Shown: positions 1 through 10,133 of the stretch, piece by piece
How the letters are laid out: each line of letters starts with the position of its first letter
Numbering within the stretch: the first letter of the stretch is position 1
Assembly (NCBI GenBank): GCA_965652295.1
Contig: CBFGTS010000007.1
Location: 128,001 to 192,000, forward strand
Reading direction: 5' to 3'
Length of the DNA: 64,000 bases
Source of the DNA: an uncultured Haloferula sp.
Lineage (GTDB): Bacteria > Verrucomicrobiota > Verrucomicrobiia > Verrucomicrobiales > Akkermansiaceae
Notes under the pieces: generated by a model
The model's database searches: none
The model's input: only the letters and a program-made list of their open reading frames with translations
What the model was told of the DNA's origin: nothing
Position numbers and translations under genes: made by a program

Positions 1-686
1 ATGCCGCCGCAGCCTTCCTTGACGTTCGGTTCCTGCAGGAAAACGGTGCGTGAGAATTTGCGATGGCGGCTGCGCAGGTCTTCGCGCCGGAGCTTGAAGA
101 AGGCTTCCTGGCCGCGCTTGGTTTCAACGGCGAGGCGTTTCCGGAAGTCGGCGAAAAGGGAGCGGTCGCCGGCGACGCGGCGGGCGTCCATGAGGGCGGT
201 CTTCACCTCCTGATCGAGCCGCGACTGCTGGATGCATTCGGCGGTGGAGCGGACGGCGTGGCCGACCTTGAAGCCGACGTCCCACAAGAGGTAGAGCACT
301 TCGTGGACGACCTCTTCCAATTCCTTGGGCAGCTTGTGCGAGGCGCGGGGGACCAGGAAGAGAAGATCGACGTCCGAGCAGGGGTTGAGGGTGCTGCGAC
401 CGTAGCCGCCAACGGCGACGAGCGAGAGGCTTGAGGCGAGATCGCGCTGCTTCAGAGCGCCGTGGAACACCGCGCGGAGCACGATATCGAGCAGCTCCGA
501 ACGGGCGTTGGCGATTTCCAGACCGCCGGCACCGGCCTGGTGCCGGAGCTTGATCCGGTGTTCCTCGATTTTGAGGAATCGTTTGAAGACCTTGAGCCTC
601 TCGCCCGCGGACAGGCGGCCTTCCTTGGCCGCCTTGAGGGCGGTTTTGGCGTGGTCGGCGAGGGTCTTGAGGTGTGGAGAAGCCAT
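1..686 (-). CDS. glnD: [protein-PII] uridylyltransferase, N-terminal part (runs off window start)
   Basis: Not in the ORF track because it has no stop in the window. Manual translation from ATG 686 gives MASPHLKTLA...LVAVGGYGRSTLNPCSDVDLLFL...LYLLWDVGFKVGHAVRS...LQEPNVKEGCGG, which are GlnD nucleotidyltransferase motifs. Confidence 0.92.
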   Translation of the reverse strand, partial: MASPHLKTLADHAKTALKAAKEGRLSAGERLKVFKRFLKIEEHRIKLRHQAGAGGLEIANARSELLDIVLRAVFHGALKQRDLASSLSLVAVGGYGRSTLNPCSDVDLLFLVPRASHKLPKELEEVVHEVLYLLWDVGFKVGHAVRSTAECIQQSRLDQEVKTALMDARRVAGDRSLFADFRKRLAVETKRGQEAFFKLRREDLRSRHRKFSRTVFLQEPNVKEGCGG

Positions 687-742
687 GCGCGCCGGGAGGA
701 TGGAGGGGGAACCTCCGGCGGTCTATCCCGGATTGCCGGGTC

Positions 743-1600
743 TCATGCACGGAGCTTCGAGTATCCCCGCAGGTAGCCGGCGCATTGGGCGATCTCGGGT
801 AGGGAGGTCTTCCAATTGTGCTCGTACTCGATCGACACGTTGCCGGCGAAGCCGTGCTTGCGGACTTCGTCGAGAATGGCACCGAGTTCGACGATGCCGG
901 TACCGAAAGGGCGGTCGTGGGTCCACTCGGTGATCGAGGCGCGGTCCTTCATGTGGAAAGCGTGGACGCGCGGGGCGATCGAGCGAATGACCTCGAGCGG
1001 GTCGAGGCCGGAAGTCGCCCAGTGGCCGAGGTCGGCGCAGAAGCCGAGCCGTTCGTCGCGCCCCTCAAGGGCTTTGGAGACGGTTTCCGGATTCCACAGG
1101 GCGGTGGGCTTCGGGTGGTTGTGGAAGCAGACCTTGAGGTCGAATTCCTTGGCTAGCTTCTCCAACAGATCGAGCGAACCGAGGGCTTCGGTGGTGATGC
1201 CGTAGAGTCCGAGCTGCTTGGCGAAGGTGAAGATCTGACGCGCTTTGGCTTCGTCGTTCGGCACGTCGGTCACGCCGAAATTCACCGGGGTGATGCCATG
1301 GTCGGAGCAGTGCTTGAGGACGGCGGGAACCTGCTCGGAAGCCTTCGAGGGATCGAGCCCGGCATCACCGAAGTCGCCGCCGATTTTCTGCCCGGGGAAG
1401 AGCTCGACGGCCGTGGCGCCCGCCGCCGCCGCCATTTCGATGGCTTCGAAAAGCGTGAATTCCTTGAAGGACCAGCACTGGACGGAGATCGCGAAGTCGG
1501 CGTCCGTGGCGGCTTTCTTCGGAATCGGGGCGGCTCCGGAGCGGGCGGCGAGGGCGAGGGACGTGGCGGGCAGGAGCTTCAAGGCGTTACGGCGTTTCAT
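743..1600 (-). CDS. Sugar phosphate isomerase/epimerase (xylose-isomerase-like TIM barrel) with Tat-like leader
   Basis: MKRRNALKLL leader; FHNH, DLGHW, HMKD and SIEYE metal-binding motifs. Confidence 0.85.
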   Translation of the reverse strand: MKRRNALKLLPATSLALAARSGAAPIPKKAATDADFAISVQCWSFKEFTLFEAIEMAAAAGATAVELFPGQKIGGDFGDAGLDPSKASEQVPAVLKHCSDHGITPVNFGVTDVPNDEAKARQIFTFAKQLGLYGITTEALGSLDLLEKLAKEFDLKVCFHNHPKPTALWNPETVSKALEGRDERLGFCADLGHWATSGLDPLEVIRSIAPRVHAFHMKDRASITEWTHDRPFGTGIVELGAILDEVRKHGFAGNVSIEYEHNWKTSLPEIAQCAGYLRGYSKLRA

Positions 1601-1669
1601 GGGAATGGACAGGATTCGTGTGGATACGGTGACTTGATCGGAATCTCGCGGGGAAGTGGAAAATCCTCT

Positions 1670-2632
1670 TCATTGCGCCGCCCGCGGCACCCGCAACAGT
1701 CGGTCGGAGGAAGTGAGGTAGATGTGAGACGGGGAGAGGGCGACGTTGGCAGTGGGTCGGGTGCAGAGGATTCTGCCGAGCAGTTTTCCGGAAGGGGAGA
1801 TCACCAGGAGTCCGCCGGGGCCGGTGGCGAAAACGGTGCCGTCGGCTGCGGTTTTCAGCCCGTCCGGTGCGCCGGGCCCCTTCAGCCCACTGGCATCGAA
1901 GAAGACGCGACTCGGCCCGAGTCCGCCGTTCTTAAGCACAGGGAAGCTGAAGATGGTGGGTTGGCGGCCGCTGGATTGGGCGACATAGAGGGTCTTCTGG
2001 TCGGGAGAGAAGGCGATTCCATTGGGCCATTCGATCTCCCGGGTGAGCAGGGTGGTCTTTCCCTCGGGATCGATCCGATAGACCCCGCAGAAATCGAGTT
2101 CGCGGAAGGGATCATTCGCACCCTTCGGCAGGCCGTACGGGGGATCGGTGAAATAGATCGAGCCATCGGCATGCAGCGCGAGGTCGTTGGGGGAATTGAG
2201 CCGTTTTTCTTCGAAGCGGTCGGCGAGCGTGAGTTTGCCGCCGCCCGGCTTGAGAATGGAGACGCGGCGGTCGCCATGTTCGCAGCAGAGCAGATGACCG
2301 GAGGCATTGATAGCCAGGCCGTTCGAGCCCGGCTCGCGACCGCTGAAGTCGAGTCCGGTGAAGCCGGCTGGCTTCATGAAAACGGTGCAGCTCTGGTCGG
2401 TGGCGCTCCAAGCGTGGATGACATTGCCGGGAATGTCGGAAAAGAGGAGCCGTTGATTGTCCTCGTCCCAGACCGGGCCTTCCGTCCAGGTGAAACCGGT
2501 GGCGAGGGTCTCGATCTTCGCGGCCGGGGGAATGAGGTCATCGAACGCGGGATCGATCCGCTCGATCGATTCGGGCCCGCCGAGGAGCACGGAAGGAAGG
2601 AGGGCGAGAAGGAGGGTCGACCGGGATGTCAT
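1670..2632 (-). CDS. SMP-30/gluconolactonase family protein, secreted
   Basis: WTEGPVW, GSNGL, NSPNDL, YFTDPPYG, PNGIAFSPD and PDGL motifs; signal peptide from MTSRSTLLL (start chosen at 2632). Confidence 0.9.
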   Translation of the reverse strand: MTSRSTLLLALLPSVLLGGPESIERIDPAFDDLIPPAAKIETLATGFTWTEGPVWDEDNQRLLFSDIPGNVIHAWSATDQSCTVFMKPAGFTGLDFSGREPGSNGLAINASGHLLCCEHGDRRVSILKPGGGKLTLADRFEEKRLNSPNDLALHADGSIYFTDPPYGLPKGANDPFRELDFCGVYRIDPEGKTTLLTREIEWPNGIAFSPDQKTLYVAQSSGRQPTIFSFPVLKNGGLGPSRVFFDASGLKGPGAPDGLKTAADGTVFATGPGGLLVISPSGKLLGRILCTRPTANVALSPSHIYLTSSDRLLRVPRAAQ

Positions 2633-2696
2633 GAGGTGAGGCTCGGCTGGACGGGACGCGATGTCCATTTGCAAACGGTCCCAGCCGGAGCCTCTT

Positions 2697-3938
2697 TCAG
2701 AAATAGCAGCGGGTACCCAGCCAGTAGGTGACACCGTCGTAAACGCGTTTGGAATCGGAGCGGATCAGATCCCACTCGACCCCGCCCATGAACTTGAGTT
2801 GGTGGCCGCAGGGGAGCCAATTGAGGCCGAGGTAGAGCCCATGTTGCTCGTCGCCGCGGATGGCGGGAGTCGGGGTGACCTCCTGAGAGACGGCGACGGG
2901 GATGTAGCGGCTGTAGGGCGTGATCGCCTGGGGTTGGCGGGAGCCTTGGTAGTGGTAGCGACCGACGATCTCGAGACGGTCCTCGATGAGCCATCGTTCG
3001 ACGGTGCCGACCGCGCCCCAGACGCGCCCGTCGCGGCGGGGGTTGGCGGCGTCGGCTTCGCCGAAGAGGACGTTTCCCCGGAAAGTCCACGGGCCTTCTT
3101 CGATGATTGTCCAGGCGGAGGCCATCCAGTTGAGGTTTCCGCTGAGGGCGTCGTCGCGGGCGTCGGTGTGGTTGGAGTAAAACGCCAGCGCGGCGAGGGC
3201 GGAGTCGCTGCCGGTGAGGGCGGAGATATCGCGCTGGATCTGGAGGATCCAGGCGGTGCCGTCGTCCCAATTTCCCCAGTAGGCAGCGGTATCGGTGGAG
3301 TAGAGGCCGGCGAAGGATTCCCAGCGGCCGGTTTGATGCCGCAGCCAAACACCGAGGGGGGCGGAGCCTTGCGAGGTGGTGATGAGGGCGCGGTTGCTGA
3401 CGGCGGAGCGCTCGACGACGGGCAGGAACTTGGAGGAATCCAGGACTTCCTCGGCGAGGGGCAGGCAGCGTTTTCCGTAGCCGACCCACCAGGAGCCGCC
3501 GCCGATGCCCGGGAAGGTTTTGTCGAGCTGCCACTCGGCATAGCAGGCCCAGTTCGCGAGATAGCTGAGATCGCGATCGCCGCCGCGAGGGCGTTGGTCG
3601 TCCTCAAGCATCATTTCGTGGTGAAGGGTGAGCGCGCCGTCCGCCAGCGTGGCGCGCAAGCCCGGCCAGAAGCGGCGGATCTCGCCGCGGCTGGCATACC
3701 AGAAATCACGGCCGGCAGCCTCGCCATCAATCCACGCATATTGGTAATGGAAGCGGGCGAAGATGGTGAGGCTCTGGAGAAACGGGTGGGCTGGGTCCTG
3801 GAAGAGCGTGCCGGAAGGAATCCAGTTGCAGTCATGATCGGGTGAAGCGGCCGTGGGCAGGGCGCACTCCTGGGCCGACGCGGCGGTGACGATCACCCAC
3901 AGGCACCCACCCAGCCAGCAGCCTTTGCTTCGTTTCAT
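2697..3938 (-). CDS. Outer-membrane porin (phosphate-selective OprO/OprP-like)
   Basis: Signal peptide, alternating beta-strand pattern, VERS motif, YLGLNW, C-terminal aromatic end (RCYF). Start uncertain (3938 or 4037). Confidence 0.65.
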   Translation of the reverse strand: MKRSKGCWLGGCLWVIVTAASAQECALPTAASPDHDCNWIPSGTLFQDPAHPFLQSLTIFARFHYQYAWIDGEAAGRDFWYASRGEIRRFWPGLRATLADGALTLHHEMMLEDDQRPRGGDRDLSYLANWACYAEWQLDKTFPGIGGGSWWVGYGKRCLPLAEEVLDSSKFLPVVERSAVSNRALITTSQGSAPLGVWLRHQTGRWESFAGLYSTDTAAYWGNWDDGTAWILQIQRDISALTGSDSALAALAFYSNHTDARDDALSGNLNWMASAWTIIEEGPWTFRGNVLFGEADAANPRRDGRVWGAVGTVERWLIEDRLEIVGRYHYQGSRQPQAITPYSRYIPVAVSQEVTPTPAIRGDEQHGLYLGLNWLPCGHQLKFMGGVEWDLIRSDSKRVYDGVTYWLGTRCYF

Positions 3939-4169
3939 TTCGTGCGCGGCATAGGCAGATCGGCCGGTTTTTCGCCATGGCGGAGCAAAGGAGGCCGACA
4001 AGTTCGCCTGATCTGCGAAGGGGCTGATGTACGGCATGCATCGTTTTTCGGTGCGTGAAACAACCCGCGCGTGGGAAATGCGAAGAGACGAAGAGCGGAG
4101 GGACGCAATGTGGGCAAGGCTCGACGGCAGTGCGGGCGGGGAATAGGTTCCGGCCGCTAGAAAGCTGTT

Positions 4170-5777
4170 ATGAATTCGATCGAGGTTCTATTCGGGAACC
4201 CGCTTTTCGCGCTGTTCATCGTTATTGGTGCAGGCCTCTTGCTGGGTTCGATCAAGATCAAGGGCTTGAGCCTCGGTAGCTCCGGTGTCTTGTTCACCGG
4301 CCTGCTGTGCGGGCATCTGGGGTTCACTCTGCCGGACATCGTCGGGACCATCGGGCTGGTGCTTTTCGTTTACTGCGTGGGCATTTCCGCCGGCAGTCGG
4401 TTTTTCGGAGCGTTGGCCCGGGAGGGTGCGACGCTAGCCAAGCTGGGCATCCTGATCGTCGGCATCGGTGCGGCCATCACCTGGGCATGCCACCAGTGGA
4501 TGGGAATTCCCCGGGACCTGGCGGTGGGGATTTTCGCCGGAGCGATGACCAGCACGCCGGCGCTGGCGGCGGGGACGGAAGGACTCGGCGAGGCGGGCTC
4601 GAACGTGATCATCGGCTATGGCATCGCATATCCTTTCGGCGTGATCGGTGTGGTGCTCTTCGTGCAACTGATGCCGCGCCTGCTGCGACAGGATCTGGAC
4701 AAGGAGGCGGAGGAATATGCGGCGGAGAGCTCGCAGTATGACGCCGTGTTGACCGCGTTGGTGGAGGTGAGAAATCCGAACCTCTATGGAAGATCGATCT
4801 CGGAGGTGGTGAGCGGGTCGCTGGGGGCGGTGCAGATTTCCCGCAAGCTGGAAGGGGAGAGGCTGACGCCGCTGAAGTATGATGACGTGTTTGCTGAGGG
4901 GCAGCACCTGTTCCTCGTGGGGCGTCAGAAGGACATGGAGCTGGCGATTGGATTCCTGGGAGTGAAGAGCGATCGCGCATTCATCAAGGACGTGGAGAAT
5001 CAACAGCGCAGGTTGGTGGTGACCGAGGCCTCGATCGTGGGTCTGGAAATGCAGCAGCTCGCACCGTTGCGGGAGTATGGGGTGATGATCAGTCGAGTGA
5101 CGCGGATGGACGTAACCTTCGTGCCGACGCCGGACACGCGGATCGAGCGACGGGATATTTTCACGACGGTGGGTAACCCCGAGGATCTGGACCGCTTTGC
5201 GAAGGCGATCGGGCATCGCTCCCAGGCTTTCGATGAAACCGACCTGCTTTCGCTTTCGATCGGGATCTCGCTGGGAGTCGTGGCGGGGATGATTCCGCTG
5301 GCGCTGCCGGGTAGCGAGGGCATCACGCTGGGGATGGCGGGCGGGCCGTTGTTCGTGGCTCTGGTGCTGGGCCACGTCGGTAAGATCGGTCGGGTGGTGG
5401 GGCACATCCCACGGCCGACGCGGCAGCTTTTGCAGGAGCTGGGCCTGGTGTTTTTCCTGGCGAATGCCGGGGTGAAAGGCGGAGCGGCGATGATCGAGAC
5501 CTTGAGGGAATATGGACCGGTGCTGTTCCTGGCGGGGGTGTTGATCACGCTCACGCCGATGGTGTTGACGTATCTATTCGCGGGCCGGCTTTTCAAGCTG
5601 AACAACCTCCAGATGCTGGGCGGAATCTGTGGGGGGATGACGTCCACTCCTGCGTTGGGGGCGATCACGGCGCGGACGGATTCGCAGCTGCCGGTGCTGA
5701 GCTACGCGACGGCGTATCCGGTGGCGCTGATCGTGATGACGATTTTCGCGAAGCTGCTGATCGCGGTGATGGGGTGA
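4170..5777 (+). CDS. Aspartate:alanine exchanger family transporter (YidE/YbjL) with TrkA-C domains
   Basis: Duplicated GAMTSTPAL / GGMTSTPAL and YGIAYPFG / YATAYPVA motifs with central soluble domains. Confidence 0.9.
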   Translation: MNSIEVLFGNPLFALFIVIGAGLLLGSIKIKGLSLGSSGVLFTGLLCGHLGFTLPDIVGTIGLVLFVYCVGISAGSRFFGALAREGATLAKLGILIVGIGAAITWACHQWMGIPRDLAVGIFAGAMTSTPALAAGTEGLGEAGSNVIIGYGIAYPFGVIGVVLFVQLMPRLLRQDLDKEAEEYAAESSQYDAVLTALVEVRNPNLYGRSISEVVSGSLGAVQISRKLEGERLTPLKYDDVFAEGQHLFLVGRQKDMELAIGFLGVKSDRAFIKDVENQQRRLVVTEASIVGLEMQQLAPLREYGVMISRVTRMDVTFVPTPDTRIERRDIFTTVGNPEDLDRFAKAIGHRSQAFDETDLLSLSIGISLGVVAGMIPLALPGSEGITLGMAGGPLFVALVLGHVGKIGRVVGHIPRPTRQLLQELGLVFFLANAGVKGGAAMIETLREYGPVLFLAGVLITLTPMVLTYLFAGRLFKLNNLQMLGGICGGMTSTPALGAITARTDSQLPVLSYATAYPVALIVMTIFAKLLIAVMG

Positions 5778-5788
5778 TCGAGGCGCTA

Positions 5789-5915
5789 TGGAGTGCTCCG
5801 GCATGACGGAGCTTTGAGGGGAGTTGTCTCGCAGCCGCCATGTCGGCTCCGGGATGACGGTCACGAGCGATGTGGACCTCGTCGGTGAAAGCTCCGACAT
5901 GTCGGAGCAGTCCGA
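5789..5915. repeat. Inverted REP-like doublet between convergent genes
   Basis: tggagtgctccggcatgacggagcttt (5789-5815) and its near reverse complement aaagctccgacatgtcggagcagtccga (5888-5915); each arm is internally palindromic. Confidence 0.75.
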
Positions 5916-5935
5916 AGGAAGAGACGCCGGATTCG

Positions 5936-7336
5936 TCAGTGCCGCTTGAGTTTGCCGGAGGCGGTCAGGGGAAGCTGATCCACGAAGATGTAACGAAGCG
6001 GCACCTTGTAGGCACTGAGGTGGAGACGGCAGTGCCTTTGGAGTTCGACGGCCTTGGGTGGGTCGGCGGGATCGGTGGGAATGATGTCGGCGACGGCGAT
6101 CTGGCCCATGTGGGGGTGGTCTTTTCCGGAAACAAGGCTGCGACGGACGCCGGGGTGGTCGTTGAGGCAGGCTTCGACTTCTTCGGGGAAAAGCTTCATG
6201 CCGGCGACGTTGATGACGGACTTGTTACGACCGACGAGGGTGAGGTGGCCATCGGGATCACGCACGACGAGATCGCCGCTGGCGAAGAAGCCGTCCTTGA
6301 GCGGGGAAGGATTCCACGGGACGAGGTAGGCGTCGAGGATGCCGGGACCGCGGACGTGGAATTCGCCGGGGGTGTCGTCGGGAACCTCGCGGCCGGAGTC
6401 GTCGAGGAGGCGGACATGGTAGTCGGGCAGCGGCTTCCCGAGCGAGGTCGGCTTCTCAGCAGGGGCATCGAGATTGAGAACCGAGAGGCCGACTTCAATG
6501 ATGCCGAGCCCTTGGACGATGGATTGGTCGAAACGCTGCCGAAAGGCGCGGGCGGTGGCCTCGGGCAGGGCGGCGGCGGTGGCGACGGGGAGTCGCAGGC
6601 TGGGCCAGCGGAAGCTGCCGGGATCGGCGGCGAGGAGCGCGAAGTGGAACGGGGAACCGTAGATGACGGTGGCGTGGTGCTTCTCCGCGGTGGCGAGGAT
6701 GGCCTCGCGGGTGGGGGAGGACTCGAGGATGGTGACGGCACCGACGTGGAGATAGAGGACGATGCTGACGGCGAAGTGATGGGCCATCGGCAGCATCCAG
6801 AGGATGCGGTCGTCTTGCGTGAGCTGGAGTCCGCGGTTGGCGGCGGTGATGCGGGCGAGGAGGGTTTCGTGGGAAAGGACGACCCCCTTCGACGTGCCGG
6901 TGGTGCCGGAGGAAAAGCGGATGAAGGCGGGGTTGAGGGCCTGGAAGTCCTTTTCAGGAAAAGAAGGTGTCGAGGAGGCGACGGGCTCCAGCGTGTGGCG
7001 GGTGCCGGTTTCATAGCCGGCGCTCCTGACGATGAAATCGAGGGCGGTGGTGCGGGTGATCTGATCGCGCTCGTCGGCGGTGAGCTCTTCGGCGAGGGGG
7101 ACGAGGCAGGCTCCGGCGAGGAGGATGCCCATGGAGAGGATGATGTAGTCGACGCCGTTCGGGCAGTGAAGGCCGACGCGGGGGCGGCGGCCGAGTTTTT
7201 CCGCGGCGGCGCCGATTTCAGCGGCGATGGGTGCCGCGGAGCTACGAAGCTCGCCGTAGGTGACGCGCCGCTCGCCGGAGATGATGGCGAGGGCGTCGGC
7301 GGGGTGGCGATCGAGGATGTCGGCGATGAGGTTCAT
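5936..7336 (-). CDS. AMP-dependent acyl ligase (class I adenylate-forming enzyme)
   Basis: FSSGTTGTSKG P-loop, GLGIIE, SGDL, GRNKSVINVAG, PLTASGK. Confidence 0.9.
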   Translation of the reverse strand: MNLIADILDRHPADALAIISGERRVTYGELRSSAAPIAAEIGAAAEKLGRRPRVGLHCPNGVDYIILSMGILLAGACLVPLAEELTADERDQITRTTALDFIVRSAGYETGTRHTLEPVASSTPSFPEKDFQALNPAFIRFSSGTTGTSKGVVLSHETLLARITAANRGLQLTQDDRILWMLPMAHHFAVSIVLYLHVGAVTILESSPTREAILATAEKHHATVIYGSPFHFALLAADPGSFRWPSLRLPVATAAALPEATARAFRQRFDQSIVQGLGIIEVGLSVLNLDAPAEKPTSLGKPLPDYHVRLLDDSGREVPDDTPGEFHVRGPGILDAYLVPWNPSPLKDGFFASGDLVVRDPDGHLTLVGRNKSVINVAGMKLFPEEVEACLNDHPGVRRSLVSGKDHPHMGQIAVADIIPTDPADPPKAVELQRHCRLHLSAYKVPLRYIFVDQLPLTASGKLKRH

Positions 7337-7350
7337 GCGAGACAGGCGGG

Positions 7351-8643
7351 CTAAGGCTCGCGGTCCGATTGGAGGTCTGCGAGGAGCGTGGACTCTAGCA
7401 TGAGGAGGTCGTGCTCGCTGAGGCTGCCCTCGCGCCACGAGAGGGTGGCGGTGAGTTGGTCGTCGAACTCGGAAAAGAAGATGCCGACCCCGGGCGGAGC
7501 CGAAACGGTGGGGATATGGCAGGCGTGGGTGATCGTGCGGCCGAGCAGGGTGCGGGTGCGGGCGGGGAACGTGCCGGTATGGGAATGGAAGAGGGAGCAG
7601 ATCTCACCCTTGAGATAGAAGGAAGCAGGCTTGAGGTAGAGGCGCGAGGGGCAGCGGTGCATGAGCACCATCAGGGCCTCCATGGCGGGGGGCAGCTTGC
7701 GGCGCATGAAGGAGGCGTACTTTCTGTAGAGCGCTTTGGTGGCTCCGGGGAGGTCGGCGAGCTCCTCGTGGGTGAGCAGCAGCGACCAGGCGGTCATGTG
7801 GTTTTGGAAGAGGGGGCGCTTGTGCGCGTGGGTGACGCGTTGGACGGGGAGGGAAAGAAGAATCGCGGTGGGCTCCTCAGGGTGGCGGGAGGCGATGAGA
7901 GCCTTGACGGCGCGGGCGGCGGCGGCGGCGAAGTACGGCAGAAGGAGTAGTTCGCCGGCGGTGGTGGCCATCTTCTGGCGGATGGCGGTGGTTTCCCCAC
8001 GGGTGAAACGGATGATCTTGAAAGCGGGATCGCCCGCATGACGGGCTTCGTGAGCGGAGCGGATGCGCCAGGCGGGGAAGGTGCGCATTTCCTCGACGAT
8101 GGGTTTGGCGGTTTTCCAAGCATCGGCGGGCGGTGGCGTCTTCGCCGTTTCGCCCCAGGCTTCGGTGGGGTTCGTGGCGGTGGAATCGAGTTGGTCGAGG
8201 AGCAGGTCGATGCCGACGGCGTCGAACAGGACGTGCGGCCAGATGAGAACGAGGGCGGCGGAGCCATCCGCCCGGGCGACGAGGTGAAGTTCGAGATTGG
8301 GGCCGGGCTGGAAGACGTCGATGACGCTCTGGCTGAGGAGTCGTGCGACAAGAAGGGTGAGATCGGCGCTGTCCGACGAGTGATGGGAGACGGGGACGGC
8401 GGAGGTTTCCCCCGGATGCCACGCGGCGAGAAAGGTGGGGAAGTGGCGGCGGACGTGGGCGTGGAGCAGCGGGTGACGGTGGCCGAGGGCCGCGGCGGCG
8501 TGTTCGAGCGTGCCGGGCGCGGGTGGTCCGTCGAGCTCGATGACCGAGGCGGCGAGGTGGCGTCCCTGGCCGGTGCGCCGCATGAGGGATTCGAGGGCGA
8601 GTAGAAAGCCGTCGCTGGTGGTGGTGGGGACCAAGTCGATCAA
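7351..8643 (-). CDS. Stand-alone condensation-domain-like / CoA-dependent acyltransferase
   Basis: RHPLL near the N-terminus and an HxxxD-type motif (WPHVLFDAVG); overlaps the ACP gene by 4 nt. Confidence 0.6.
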   Translation of the reverse strand: MIDLVPTTTSDGFLLALESLMRRTGQGRHLAASVIELDGPPAPGTLEHAAAALGHRHPLLHAHVRRHFPTFLAAWHPGETSAVPVSHHSSDSADLTLLVARLLSQSVIDVFQPGPNLELHLVARADGSAALVLIWPHVLFDAVGIDLLLDQLDSTATNPTEAWGETAKTPPPADAWKTAKPIVEEMRTFPAWRIRSAHEARHAGDPAFKIIRFTRGETTAIRQKMATTAGELLLLPYFAAAAARAVKALIASRHPEEPTAILLSLPVQRVTHAHKRPLFQNHMTAWSLLLTHEELADLPGATKALYRKYASFMRRKLPPAMEALMVLMHRCPSRLYLKPASFYLKGEICSLFHSHTGTFPARTRTLLGRTITHACHIPTVSAPPGVGIFFSEFDDQLTATLSWREGSLSEHDLLMLESTLLADLQSDREP

Positions 8644-8867
8644 GCTTTGGATTTCAGAAGCGCGGCGATGGTTTCCACGGTCTGGAAGTGATCGCGGGAA
8701 AGATCGGTGGGTTCGAGAACGATGCCGAAGGCTTCCTCGATGGCGAGGACGAGCTGCATGATGCCCATGGAGTCGAGGCCGGCCTCGAAGAGATCAGTGC
8801 GGGCGTCGGCGACGGCGTCGGGTTCGAGGATCTGGTCGCGGAGGATTTCGAGAAGTCGGGCTTCCAT
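8640..8867 (-). CDS. Acyl/peptidyl carrier protein
   Basis: 75 aa acidic protein with the phosphopantetheine site GLDSM and IEEAFGI. Confidence 0.9.
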   Translation of the reverse strand: MEARLLEILRDQILEPDAVADARTDLFEAGLDSMGIMQLVLAIEEAFGIVLEPTDLSRDHFQTVETIAALLKSKA

Positions 8868-8869
8868 GG

Positions 8870-9703
8870 TCAGGCGGGTGCGAGGGATTCGAGGGCGGTT
8901 TGTCGGCCGGCTTCGTAGCAGACGGGCGCGAGGCGGTTGGTGAGGATGGAGGGAAAAGGGGTGGTGGAAACGACTTCGATGACGGTTTTTCCTCGCTCGG
9001 CAGCGAGGCGCAGTCGGTGCTGGTGGAGAGCCTTGCAGCCGGTGTGGTGGGTGCAGCCGACGGACTTGGCAACGGTCTCCCAGTTGACGACAGGGCTGGA
9101 ATTTTCCACGTACTGGATGCGATGGATGAGGATGGTGTCGATGTCATCGCGGTGGATGAGGTGCTCGAAGGGATACTCGGCGGCGATCCCTCCGTCGAGG
9201 TAGCGGTGGCCTTCGACGTCCTGGATGGTGAAGAGGCCGGGAACCGCGCAGGAGGCCATGACGAGTTCGGGCAGAGGGCCGGTGTCGCGGATGACGATCT
9301 CGTTGGCTTCGACGTCGGTGACGGCGATATCGAGTTGGCGCTCATCGAGGCGGACGTCGCCGAGGAGTTTGCGGAGGTGGCGGACCTTGCCTTTGCCGTG
9401 GAAAATGCCGGTGGCCCAGAGAACGGTGCCCACCCCGGGCATCCGCCAGAGGAAGCCGGGATCGAAGTAGGACCAGCGCATCTTGGGGTCGATGGCGGCC
9501 TTTTTCAGGTCATCGCCCCGGAGCCCGCAGGCGTAGAGGGCACCGGCGAGGGCACCGGCGGATGCGCCAGCGATGCGGGCGGGCTCGAAGCCGCGGGTGT
9601 GGAGGCCGTTGAGGAATCCGGCATGGGCATAGACGCCGAGAAGCGAGGAGCCGAGCACGACGGCGGTGCGGCGGGGGTCGGGGCGGAAGGGCGTGTCGGG
9701 CAT
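8870..9703 (-). CDS. Patatin-like phospholipase
   Basis: GASAG nucleophile elbow, ASCAVPGLF and LDGG motifs. Confidence 0.88.
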   Translation of the reverse strand: MPDTPFRPDPRRTAVVLGSSLLGVYAHAGFLNGLHTRGFEPARIAGASAGALAGALYACGLRGDDLKKAAIDPKMRWSYFDPGFLWRMPGVGTVLWATGIFHGKGKVRHLRKLLGDVRLDERQLDIAVTDVEANEIVIRDTGPLPELVMASCAVPGLFTIQDVEGHRYLDGGIAAEYPFEHLIHRDDIDTILIHRIQYVENSSPVVNWETVAKSVGCTHHTGCKALHQHRLRLAAERGKTVIEVVSTTPFPSILTNRLAPVCYEAGRQTALESLAPA

Positions 9704-9767
9704 CGGCGGGCGTAGTTTGTGAGTTTTCGGTTTTCAGTTTCAAGGATGCGGGTGATTTTCCGGCCGG

Positions 9768-10133
9768 ATGACAGACGCGGTGGTGAATTTCAGAACGGGC
9801 AACGAGAAGCTGATCAAGGTGCTCGACGGTGCCTCGGCGCACTTGCGCGGCCTGCTGGAGAAGCAAGGCCGGCCGGAGGGGGCGCTGCGGATCGCGGTGA
9901 TCGGGGGCGGATGCAGCGGGCTGCAATACAAGATGGACCTGGTCGATGGTCCGAGGGACCGGGACATTCTCGTGCCCAGCAACGGCGTGCAGGTGGTGAT
10001 CGACCCGAAGAGCGCGCTCTTCGTGAGCGGCAGCGAGCTGGATTACTCGGACGACCTCCAACAGGGCGGCTTCAAGGTCACCAACCCGAACGCCGTGGTT
10101 ACCTGCTCGTGCGGGGAGAGTTTTGCGGCGTGA
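9768..10133 (+). CDS. iscA: A-type Fe-S carrier protein (IscA/HesB family)
   Basis: GGGCSGLQY and NPNAVVTCSCGESF. Confidence 0.92.
   Translation: MTDAVVNFRTGNEKLIKVLDGASAHLRGLLEKQGRPEGALRIAVIGGGCSGLQYKMDLVDGPRDRDILVPSNGVQVVIDPKSALFVSGSELDYSDDLQQGGFKVTNPNAVVTCSCGESFAA

Noticed and set aside
124..882. 252-aa minus-strand ORF in the track
   Set aside because: Arg/Pro-rich off-frame shadow; the real gene is glnD in another minus frame.
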